DNA of 20,000 bases from an uncultured virus (IMG/VR IMGVR_UViG_3300040751_003707) (lineage: Duplodnaviria > Heunggongvirae > Uroviricota > Caudoviricetes): the IMG/VR virus record IMGVR_UViG_3300040751_003707; one strand, given 5' to 3'. The position numbers and the translations under genes were made by a program. Positions 8,664 through 16,146 of the stretch are shown here, piece by piece. Numbering within the stretch: the first letter of the stretch is position 1; every line of letters starts with the position of its first letter. The notes beneath the pieces were generated by a model. It worked only from the letters and a program-made list of their open reading frames with translations, did no database searches and was not told the DNA's origin.

Positions 8664-8747
8664 GCTGCTTGCCCCACCCTCAGTCTTCTAAACTGATCCT
8701 CAAAGGTGGATGGACGGTACGGGGTTCGATTCCTCCAAGTAGCTCCA
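8664..8747 (+). tRNA. atypical D-arm-less tRNA-like RNA, anticodon UCU (Arg)
   Basis: Acceptor GCTGCTT/AAGTAGC followed by T-CCA; anticodon arm TCAGT-CTTCTAA-ACTGA; T loop GGGG-TTCGATT-CCTC; no D stem. Confidence 0.65.
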
Positions 8748-8830
8748 GCCAGTATGGTGAAATTGGTAAACACAGGGGACTTAAAATCCCCCGCGAAAGC
8801 TTGTCGGTTCAAGTCCGACTACTGGCACCA
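8748..8830 (+). tRNA. tRNA-Leu(UAA)
   Basis: Acceptor GCCAGTA/TACTGGC; GGGGA-CTTAAAA-TCCCC anticodon arm; long variable arm; A73 and encoded CCA. Confidence 0.95.
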
Positions 8831-8835
8831 ATTAT

Positions 8836-8910
8836 GCTCTTGTGGTGTAACGGTAACACTCACCGCTCATAACGGTTGCGCTACAGGTTCGAATCCTGTC
8901 GGGAGCACCA
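8836..8910 (+). tRNA. tRNA with CAU anticodon (elongator Met or lysidine Ile2)
   Basis: Acceptor GCTCTTG/CGGGAGC with G1-C72 paired, so not initiator-like; loop CTCATAA; ACAGG-TTCGAAT-CCTGT; ends ACCA. Confidence 0.92.
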
Positions 8911-8947
8911 GATATACATATACAGAAAAGTAGATAGGAATTACAAC

Positions 8948-9301
8948 ATGATCACAGTTGAAGCTCGCGCCCTCAAAGTTGACTGCATTTACTCCTTCAA
9001 AGGTTCATCAGAAAACAAACTATGGATCTGCCGCGAAGTTTTAGAGTCTGAACTATACAACTCAATTTGTGCTGAGATTCAATACGTTGAGTCTGGAAAG
9101 ATCTTCATTGTTGAACTTTCAAAGCACAAAGAGCTAAACTTTGTTTGTAACTTTGCAGACAAAAAGCGAAAGAATCGTAATAATGTAAACAAAAGCAAAG
9201 TAAAAGTAGTTGCATATAAAAACGGGCGATTAGTAAAGCGAGGCGAATCAGTGATGATCGGGAATGAAATCCAAGACAGTGAAACACGGTGGTTTAGCTA
9301 A
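8948..9301 (+). CDS. hypothetical protein
   Basis: SD AGGA before ATG 8948. The longer ORF-track start lies inside the tRNA. Confidence 0.7.
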   Translation: MITVEARALKVDCIYSFKGSSENKLWICREVLESELYNSICAEIQYVESGKIFIVELSKHKELNFVCNFADKKRKNRNNVNKSKVKVVAYKNGRLVKRGESVMIGNEIQDSETRWFS

Positions 9302-9549
9302 TGTCTGCAATCAAAAGTAAAAAATCTCAACCCAGATTTACTTTCAAAGAAGGAGTGGTGTATGTCTGCGTAAAGGCAGCATCACCTGGATATAAACAAG
9401 GTAATCTATATGAATGCTATCGAAATAAAAAAGGATTGCTTTGTCTACAAGGGGAAGACGGGTTTGAAGATTATACAACAATGCTAGTAAGTGATTTTGC
9501 AGTGTATGAGAAACGAGAAAACAAAGCAAACCTAACTACGGTAAAGTAA
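9301..9549 (+). CDS. hypothetical protein
   Basis: TAATG coupling with the upstream gene. Confidence 0.7.
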   Translation: MSAIKSKKSQPRFTFKEGVVYVCVKAASPGYKQGNLYECYRNKKGLLCLQGEDGFEDYTTMLVSDFAVYEKRENKANLTTVK

Positions 9550-9550
9550 C

Positions 9551-9682
9551 ATGACAACAGGTTATATATTATTGGGATTAGCAGTATCAATTGGCGTTTA
9601 TCTTTTTTCGCTTTTTATGTTTATTGCATTACCAATTATTATTATTAAGTCTTTAAAAGATAAATCTAGAGAAGAAAGTTAA
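9551..9682 (+). CDS. small single-pass membrane protein (43 aa), missed by ORF track
   Basis: MTTGYILLGLAVSIGVYLFSLFMFIALPIIIIKSLKDKSREES fills the gap exactly. Confidence 0.6.
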   Translation: MTTGYILLGLAVSIGVYLFSLFMFIALPIIIIKSLKDKSREES

Positions 9683-9688
9683 ATAAAA

Positions 9689-10003
9689 ATGTTTAAAATT
9701 ATTGTTGGCCTACTCGGGGTTTTAGGGGTTATGATGGCCCTTTCTCTTGGTGGTTTGTACTGGAATGGATACCTTGCACGGACACAAGAGGGTATCAGAA
9801 CAGACATTATGGAAGAAAGCGTATCTTATACAAGAGGTATGCGCAGAGAACTTGGCCGGTTACGGCTAGAATGGGAACAGGCCGATGCTGCTGGCCGCGT
9901 CGGTATTGAAGCTTATGTTCGTGACACATTCTCAGGCTATCTAGGGGTAGAGGAACTACCTGAAAACCTACAACAATTCCTGATCCAAGTTGGAGCTTAT
10001 TAA
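9689..10003 (+). CDS. membrane-anchored hypothetical protein
   Basis: N-terminal TM helix followed by a helical domain. Confidence 0.75.
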   Translation: MFKIIVGLLGVLGVMMALSLGGLYWNGYLARTQEGIRTDIMEESVSYTRGMRRELGRLRLEWEQADAAGRVGIEAYVRDTFSGYLGVEELPENLQQFLIQVGAY

Positions 10004-10004
10004 T

Positions 10005-10532
10005 ATGAAATTTTTCTACGGCCTAATCCTATCCGTTTCTGTTGGCCTTGCAATCTCAACTTCTGTATATTCAATGGGAAGCCCAAATAATGCACCGAAC
10101 GCTGATGAAATTCAGGCAATTCAAACTGAAATGAGTATGCGAGAAGCTGTTCAACAAGTTGGACCCCCTGCAATTGTCAACTACACAGAGCGTCGTCTTG
10201 TACGTTGGCTGTATGAGCTACGTGATGAACCCAACTATCGCACTTTCTCTTACATTGTAAACTTAAACGGTGATCTGATCTTCCTCTGTGACAGTGTTGG
10301 TTATGGTATCAACGCATCAATTCAGTTTACAAACCCAGAACGAGAAGTTTGGCGAGATCCTGTTGGTAGTGACACAAGCCCTGTTTATGCCCCTCAACCA
10401 GAACCAAACGGACTCTTTATGCCAGAAGGTCTTGCAGCAACCTATGTTATGTGCGTAAATGAAGGATCTGAAGATGTTCAAGCAGTATACGTTGAGCCAG
10501 AAGTGATTGTATCACCTTTCCAACTTCACTAA
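10005..10532 (+). CDS. secreted/periplasmic hypothetical protein
   Basis: SD GGAG before ATG 10005; signal peptide; CDSVGYGI..QFTNPE..QPEPNGLFMP motif. Confidence 0.8.
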   Translation: MKFFYGLILSVSVGLAISTSVYSMGSPNNAPNADEIQAIQTEMSMREAVQQVGPPAIVNYTERRLVRWLYELRDEPNYRTFSYIVNLNGDLIFLCDSVGYGINASIQFTNPEREVWRDPVGSDTSPVYAPQPEPNGLFMPEGLAATYVMCVNEGSEDVQAVYVEPEVIVSPFQLH

Positions 10533-10546
10533 ATAAAATTAACTAC

Positions 10547-10575
10547 AGCCCGTGATTAACGTCATGGGCTTTTTT
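10547..10575 (+). terminator. intrinsic terminator
   Basis: AGCCCGTGA-TTAACG-TCATGGGCT followed by a T run. Confidence 0.85.
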
Positions 10576-10599
10576 ATTATTAATCTAAAAGGAAAAGAC

Positions 10600-11160
10600 A
10601 TGTCTGTTAAAATCAAAGAAGGCGCTTACTACATCACTAACGAAGGTCTTGTCGCTGGCCCTGCAGAAAAAGAAGATTATTCATCAACTTTTTGTTGGAA
10701 CGTACCAAATATCCGCGATAATCACCCCTGTTACCATGCATATAAAAACGATGGTAGCTCTATTCTTGCGGATGAAAAATATAACCTCAGTAAAGAAATT
10801 GAGGTTGATGAAGATAAAAACTCAATTATTCAGTTTAAAGATTTAAAAAAAGAAGAGAAAAAAGACATTCTCTTTGCGCATTATGTAGACAATAAAAAAA
10901 TTGAGTATTACTATGATGGCTTTTGGCGTGATACCGAAGTACCCGGTTTTTATGGTGAGTCTGTATACCGCGTAAAAGAGGAACAATCTGAGGTAAAGAC
11001 CTTCAGCCTTTGCTTAAAGCCAGAAAAAGAGCTGTCTCTTCATATGCGTAAAGATATGGGTATTTACCCTACTAACGAAGACCTCCTTTATGCAACACTA
11101 GAAGTAAAATTTACAGACGGTGTTCCTGATTGGAAAACTGCTTCTATTAAGGGGGCGTAA
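10600..11160 (+). CDS. hypothetical protein
   Basis: SD AAGGA before ATG 10600. Confidence 0.75.
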   Translation: MSVKIKEGAYYITNEGLVAGPAEKEDYSSTFCWNVPNIRDNHPCYHAYKNDGSSILADEKYNLSKEIEVDEDKNSIIQFKDLKKEEKKDILFAHYVDNKKIEYYYDGFWRDTEVPGFYGESVYRVKEEQSEVKTFSLCLKPEKELSLHMRKDMGIYPTNEDLLYATLEVKFTDGVPDWKTASIKGA

Positions 11161-11183
11161 ACAGATCAATAAAGGTATATAAA

Positions 11184-11456
11184 ATGATTACTCAGCAAGA
11201 AATCGTTGAAAGTGAATTTGTAGAAGATCTAATGATAGAAAGGTTAAAGTGTATCTTTGAGTATAATAAAAACTTATACTTTAATAAGTATCTTTTTGAT
11301 GGTTTAGTCGATAATGACTTAATTAGCGCAATCCAGTTGTCAAAATCAGTTCTCGATGTATTAGATTATGTAGCTTACCCACACGATCCTTTCTTAAAAG
11401 AAAACAGAATTTTTCTAAATAATATTGAAGACTCTATTAAAGGGGAATTATTTTAA
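11184..11456 (+). CDS. hypothetical protein
   Basis: SD AAAGG; 90 aa. Confidence 0.65.
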   Translation: MITQQEIVESEFVEDLMIERLKCIFEYNKNLYFNKYLFDGLVDNDLISAIQLSKSVLDVLDYVAYPHDPFLKENRIFLNNIEDSIKGELF

Positions 11457-11457
11457 T

Positions 11458-11667
11458 ATGTTAAACTCGTATGAACAAAGCTTAGTTGATAATCTCTATG
11501 ATTCTGAAAAGTATATTGAGGAGTTGGAGGCTAGACTAGAAAAGGCAAGAGATGTTATAGACTGGGCATTAACTTGTTGGGATGACCACAACGAGCACGG
11601 ATACAACATGCAAGGCGATTGGGTTCAAGATGCTCGCGCCATTATGAAAGAAAAAAGCTATGAATGA
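11458..11667 (+). CDS. hypothetical protein
   Basis: SD AGGGG before ATG 11458. Confidence 0.65.
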   Translation: MLNSYEQSLVDNLYDSEKYIEELEARLEKARDVIDWALTCWDDHNEHGYNMQGDWVQDARAIMKEKSYE

Positions 11668-12193
11668 TTCTACCTACGAAACCGAAAGCCGCCCCATTCC
11701 AAAGAACCGTTATCGCAACGTGCGGCTTGTCGGGCATGATGTGAATGCGGACATCAGCAAGGAAGCGGTGGAGCAGCTTGCATATGAACTGGCTATGGGG
11801 TGCCTAGAGCATCAACCGAGATGGTATGGTGACACTCTTGGCGGTTCCATACGAGAAGACGAAACCAATCAGATGATGGAACAAGGGGCAAAGTACCTAC
11901 GCGCCCTTTTAGCCGAGCGTGACGCCCTCAAGGCCGAGGTGATGAATTTGCGGGAGAAAAACGATCGGTTGTTCGAGAAGGCGGACCTTTTGTGTATGAT
12001 TCAAGACGAAAGTTTTGACGTGAGATGTATATCGCTTCCAACACCCGGAGGCGATGACACAGGTATAGGCTGGCAAATCATCAGTCACTATATGGGAAAA
12101 CCTCAAGAGCACGTTATAGGGGAAAACTTTGACGACAATCTCTTAGCTGCCTTGAGAGAAGCTCGCGACACCCTAAAAGGAGAACATCCATGA
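11660..12193 (+). CDS. hypothetical protein (higher-GC)
   Basis: 177-aa ORF with coiled-coil-like LRALLAERDALKAEV. Confidence 0.75.
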   Translation: MNDSTYETESRPIPKNRYRNVRLVGHDVNADISKEAVEQLAYELAMGCLEHQPRWYGDTLGGSIREDETNQMMEQGAKYLRALLAERDALKAEVMNLREKNDRLFEKADLLCMIQDESFDVRCISLPTPGGDDTGIGWQIISHYMGKPQEHVIGENFDDNLLAALREARDTLKGEHP

Positions 12194-12468
12194 CTGATGC
12201 ACCAGAACAGATTTTGGCTTGGGAGTATAACGGTTATCGAAATGTGTGGGGGCTGGCAGAGCCTAATGACTGCACACTTGTGGACATTATGGGTAAATAC
12301 ATCCGCGAAGACCTATCCACCTACGACGCAGGTTTTGCCGCAGGGATCAAGCTGGCGGTGGATAGGCTCAGAAAGCTTTCCGGGAAACTAGACATATTGG
12401 CTTGCGAGGACGTTTTGCAAATAGCTGACGAGCTTTCCGCCCTCGCAAAACATAAAGAAACACAATAA
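12190..12468 (+). CDS. hypothetical protein (higher-GC)
   Basis: SD AAGGAG; ATGA overlap; MTDAPEQI...YIREDL. Confidence 0.75.
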   Translation: MTDAPEQILAWEYNGYRNVWGLAEPNDCTLVDIMGKYIREDLSTYDAGFAAGIKLAVDRLRKLSGKLDILACEDVLQIADELSALAKHKETQ

Positions 12469-12502
12469 CCACTTAAAATCAAAACACAAAAGGAACTGAA
12501 TA

Positions 12503-12835
12503 ATGTATAAGCCTGAAATGACTGGTTACGCAATCTTTGATCCGACTACTGGTAAGTGGTCACAAGGAGGTATTTCAAAAACCCCTTTTAAAAACACCCC
12601 TAAAGTCTGGCATCAATTTGGACATTTGAAAAACCACCTGAATATGTTTGTAAATGTGCGTTACACACCAAAAAGGATTGACGTAAGCTCTTATTACAGA
12701 GGCTGTTATGTCGTTGACATGGAGTCTATGAAACCTTTTGCTGAGTTTGATATTTACGATTATCTTTACCTCCAAGTATCAAAATTTAAAAATAGATTCG
12801 ATGTCTATCAATCCTTCCCTGTATATGAAGTATAA
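12503..12835 (+). CDS. hypothetical protein
   Basis: SD AAGGA; 110 aa. Confidence 0.75.
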   Translation: MYKPEMTGYAIFDPTTGKWSQGGISKTPFKNTPKVWHQFGHLKNHLNMFVNVRYTPKRIDVSSYYRGCYVVDMESMKPFAEFDIYDYLYLQVSKFKNRFDVYQSFPVYEV

Positions 12836-12852
12836 AAATAGGAATATCTGAT

Positions 12853-13284
12853 ATGAACGTAAAAAACATGAACAAAGTAATTGCATGGTTAGAAGCCGGT
12901 GCGCCACATGCATATTTTGATATGGATTACGGTGTTCAACAACCAAATGACTTTGAATTTTTCGGTAATTACACAGCTTATAAAAACGTAGAAGAAAAAG
13001 AGAACTGTGGTACTGTATGTTGCATTGCCGGGGCGGCTGCTCTTATGGATTACGCAGAAGAAATAGACTACAAAGGGGTATTTCCAAAGATTTCACCAGA
13101 AATGCGTTGGCAAGAGGTAGAAAAAAGAGCACTTAAATATCTTGGTTTACCAAAGGATTGTGCTGACTTTGGGAATGAACTGTTTTCACCTGAATATGCC
13201 CCTGAAAACTGTACACCACAAGAAGCAGCAGAGGCTATGAAAAGGGTTATGAAGGGCGAGTATCCGTGGCCTGAAGCTTCTTAA
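12853..13284 (+). CDS. hypothetical protein (CGTVCCIAG motif)
   Basis: SD AGGA; Cys cluster of a type seen in phage accessory proteins. Confidence 0.75.
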   Translation: MNVKNMNKVIAWLEAGAPHAYFDMDYGVQQPNDFEFFGNYTAYKNVEEKENCGTVCCIAGAAALMDYAEEIDYKGVFPKISPEMRWQEVEKRALKYLGLPKDCADFGNELFSPEYAPENCTPQEAAEAMKRVMKGEYPWPEAS

Positions 13285-13309
13285 CGTGTTAATCAACAAG
13301 GAAAATAAA

Positions 13310-13669
13310 ATGAACATCTACGAAAAAGCAGCTAATCATCTTTATAACATGACTGCACCTGCAATACTATATAGAGGCGAACCTTGTTTTTATAGAGTAG
13401 ATCCGGAAGATAAAGACTGCAATAGATGTGCAGTTGGGGCTATCATCAGCGATGAGCACTATCATGAAGGTTTAGAATACCACTTAGTAAATTATGGGAC
13501 TATATTAGAAGCAGTTTCTCTTTCTAACAATATTGATGTAGCTGATATTGATGTTGACCTCTTATCAAAAATTCAAAACTTACATGACGGATGGGCATTT
13601 AACACCTTAACAAAAGAAGATGTTAACAAAAAGCTTATCGAACTAGAACTTATCACAGAGGAAGTATAA
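13310..13669 (+). CDS. hypothetical protein (CFYR..RCAVG..QNLHD)
   Basis: SD AAGGA before ATG 13310. Confidence 0.75.
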   Translation: MNIYEKAANHLYNMTAPAILYRGEPCFYRVDPEDKDCNRCAVGAIISDEHYHEGLEYHLVNYGTILEAVSLSNNIDVADIDVDLLSKIQNLHDGWAFNTLTKEDVNKKLIELELITEEV

Positions 13670-14596
13670 ATGTCTGAATTTAAAAAATACATGCACCTTG
13701 AACGGCTAAAGACAACACCTGTTATCGGTATTACAGAAGGCACTGTTTATGTGTTTCCGAAGCTAGATGGGACAAACGCACAGGTCTTCTATGACAGTGA
13801 TCACCCCACTCTTATCGGTTGCGGGTCTCGTAACCGTAAACTAGAAGAGGGGAACGATAACGCCGGATTTATGAATTGGGCTATCAAGCAAGACAATTTG
13901 AAAGCCTTCGTAAAGGATCATCCAAACCTTATCCTATACGGTGAATGGCTTGTCCCTCATTCCCTGAAGACTTACAGAGATGATGCATGGAGAAAGCTCT
14001 ATATCTTCGATGTCTACGACACAAAACAGGAGAAGCTTCTGCACTTTGAAGAATATAAACACACTCTTAAAGAGTACGAAACAGAAGAAACAATCCTCCT
14101 TCATCCTTTTGCAATCGTAAAGACCAATGATGTAGATCATTTTTATAGTCTTCTGGAACACAATACATATGCTATCAAAGAAGGTGAAGGACATGGAGAA
14201 GGTATTGTGCTTAAAAACTACGAATACAAAAACAGGTTTGGTAATCAAATCTGGGCGAAGCTTGTGTCATCTTCTTTTAAAGAAGACTTCGTAAAAGCAA
14301 TGGGGCCAATTATGATTACAGACAAGAAGGAGGCTGTAGAGTATAAGATTGTAAATAAGTATGTCACTCAAGAACTTGTTGATAAAGCTTATGCAAAGAT
14401 CAACCTCATTGAAGATGAAGGGTTTACCTCTCGCTCCATCCCTCGCTTACTCACCACAGTCTACTATGATTTAATCCTTGAGGAGACATGGGAGTTCCTG
14501 AAAGAACATAAACAACCAACAATTGATTTTAAACTTCTTCAGAACCTTACAATCGCCCGAATCAAGAAACTACGTCCAGATATTTTCGGTCAATAA
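13670..14596 (+). CDS. ATP-dependent RNA ligase, Rnl2-like
   Basis: Nucleotidyltransferase motifs I (PKLDGTN), III (LYGEW), IIIa (YIFDV), IV (GEGIV) and V (WAKL). Confidence 0.85.
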   Translation: MSEFKKYMHLERLKTTPVIGITEGTVYVFPKLDGTNAQVFYDSDHPTLIGCGSRNRKLEEGNDNAGFMNWAIKQDNLKAFVKDHPNLILYGEWLVPHSLKTYRDDAWRKLYIFDVYDTKQEKLLHFEEYKHTLKEYETEETILLHPFAIVKTNDVDHFYSLLEHNTYAIKEGEGHGEGIVLKNYEYKNRFGNQIWAKLVSSSFKEDFVKAMGPIMITDKKEAVEYKIVNKYVTQELVDKAYAKINLIEDEGFTSRSIPRLLTTVYYDLILEETWEFLKEHKQPTIDFKLLQNLTIARIKKLRPDIFGQ

Positions 14597-14608
14597 TCTA
14601 ATAAGGGA

Positions 14609-14845
14609 ATGACTATGAAATTCGAGTATGAAGAACAAAAAGACTCAACACCACTTCCTGTTGCATTTATTGATACAGACGGTGACCTGATCTTTAACTG
14701 CGCTAACGACGCTAATAATAGTTTAGTTTTTATTAACAAAAACGGGTATGGAGATTCCTCAAATAATATTGACTTCGAAGAGCATCTCAAAGAACGCAGT
14801 GTAAAGAGCTTTTACAAAGGCGATAAACTAACTATTACGTTTTAA
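14609..14845 (+). CDS. small hypothetical protein, tandem paralog 1
   Basis: VAFIDTDGDLIFNC...KSFYKGDKLTITF. Confidence 0.75.
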   Translation: MTMKFEYEEQKDSTPLPVAFIDTDGDLIFNCANDANNSLVFINKNGYGDSSNNIDFEEHLKERSVKSFYKGDKLTITF

Positions 14846-14855
14846 AGGGAAAGAT

Positions 14856-15110
14856 ATGCTTAGCTTTGAATACACTAAACAAAATAAAGATAAAAAAGTT
14901 ATTGCTGTAATTGACTGTGATGGTGATCTCATCTTCAACTGTAAAGACAGAGATAATGCCTGTATTGTCTTAGATCGTAACACTATGGAGTGCTATGAGG
15001 AGCCATACCTCAACATTGATAAAATGATTATGCAGGGAGTTGAGAAGGTCTTCTATGAAGGCGAATCTGTAACACTACACTTCGGGAATAAGGATAAAAT
15101 TAATGCCTAA
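14856..15110 (+). CDS. small hypothetical protein, tandem paralog 2
   Basis: IAVIDCDGDLIFNC...KVFYEGESVTLHF. Confidence 0.75.
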   Translation: MLSFEYTKQNKDKKVIAVIDCDGDLIFNCKDRDNACIVLDRNTMECYEEPYLNIDKMIMQGVEKVFYEGESVTLHFGNKDKINA

Positions 15111-15360
15111 TTTTGATAAGCTGATGGAAGAGAAGCAGGAACCAACTAAAGAGCCGATTGCAATCCTTGGTTACATGTCAGGCTATAAAAACAGGTTTTT
15201 CCTTGCAATTAAAACAGATAATCCAGAAAAATATATCTGGCTTTATAGTGGTTACTCAAACAGTAATATCACTGTTCAGAGTTGTTCATTCAGGGACATT
15301 TCTGAAGAAAATATCATCCGTAAGTTCTACGAAGGTGATGAAATAACCTTCACACTCTGA
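15103..15360 (+). CDS. small hypothetical protein, diverged paralog 3
   Basis: EPIAIL...RKFYEGDEITFTL. Confidence 0.7.
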   Translation: MPNFDKLMEEKQEPTKEPIAILGYMSGYKNRFFLAIKTDNPEKYIWLYSGYSNSNITVQSCSFRDISEENIIRKFYEGDEITFTL

Positions 15361-15376
15361 TAACATACAAATACAC

Positions 15377-15487
15377 ACCCACATACACTCAGTCTATACA
15401 TGTTTACTTTATATCTCCTTTAAAAAGGGGGTGTGAGGTAGATGTGTATAGATTGGGTGTATGTGGGTCTTATTTTTTTTTTTTTTT
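15377..15487 (+). terminator. giant 44-bp hairpin with U15 tail (terminator-like or processing structure)
   Basis: 15377-15420 pairs with 15425-15468 (34 Watson-Crick plus 10 G-U, no mismatch); T15 run at 15473-15487. Confidence 0.8.
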
Positions 15488-15516
15488 ACATATACAGATA
15501 AGGATACACAAATACA

Positions 15517-16113
15517 ATGAAAGAATGTTTTGATAAATCACTCAGTGAAGTTCTTAAGTATGAAGGTGGGTTCTCAAACCATCCAAGTGATACCGGTGGA
15601 GCCACTAACAAAGGAATTACTATCGGCACCTATCGACGTTATAAAGGGAGTGCATCAGTAACAGTAGATCAGCTTAAGAACATCACAGAAGACGAAGTAA
15701 GGGATATCTATAAGAAACTCTATTGGGATAAAGTCCGTGGGGATGAACTACCACCGGGACTTGACTTCTTGACCTTTAACATGGCAGTTAATGGAGGTCC
15801 ATCCAGAGGTGTTAAACTACTACAATCCTCTCTTGGTGGGCTTGATGTTGATGGCATTATCGGACCAAACACTATGAGAAAAGCTTGGCTCACTTACCTT
15901 GAACCAAGGGATAACAGCATTGTAACTGTATTCGATGAGTTTGAATCAGACACTAATGACTTCTACACAGGAATTGTAGAAAGAAATAGAAGTCAATCAG
16001 CCTTTATCCGGGGGTGGATTAACAGATCTCATGCTGCTTGTACCTTTGCTAAGGATCTTCTCTTATGGTTTGATGAAGAATATGATGTAAGTGGGTATGA
16101 AAAATACCTATGA
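15517..16113 (+). CDS. endolysin, glycoside hydrolase family 108
   Basis: YEGGFSNHPSDTGGATNKGIT, IYKKLYWD, FNMAVNGG, VDGIIGPNT and FIRGWINR. Confidence 0.92.
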   Translation: MKECFDKSLSEVLKYEGGFSNHPSDTGGATNKGITIGTYRRYKGSASVTVDQLKNITEDEVRDIYKKLYWDKVRGDELPPGLDFLTFNMAVNGGPSRGVKLLQSSLGGLDVDGIIGPNTMRKAWLTYLEPRDNSIVTVFDEFESDTNDFYTGIVERNRSQSAFIRGWINRSHAACTFAKDLLLWFDEEYDVSGYEKYL

Positions 16114-16124
16114 AAATAAGGGGG

Positions 16125-16146
16125 TAAAAATACTTCCGACTAATGA
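16125..16146 (+). promoter_or_regulatory. putative phage-RNAP promoter, copy 3 (predicted +1 G16145)
   Basis: TAAAAATACTTCCGACTAATGA, upstream of the structured RNA and the late/packaging genes. Confidence 0.75.

Noticed and set aside
8685..8692. Amber suppressor (CUA) reading of the atypical tRNA, implying stop-codon recoding
   Set aside because: The 5-bp stem fixes the loop as CUUCUAA (anticodon UCU), and long genes translate cleanly with the standard code.
8552..8947. ORF-track ORFs overlapping the tRNA cluster
   Set aside because: They are spurious frames across tRNA genes and lack a plausible RBS.
466..16146. CRISPR array or att sites formed by the three-copy repeat
   Set aside because: The copies are about 8 kb apart with no spacer periodicity, no cas or integrase gene is present, and their positions fit promoters.
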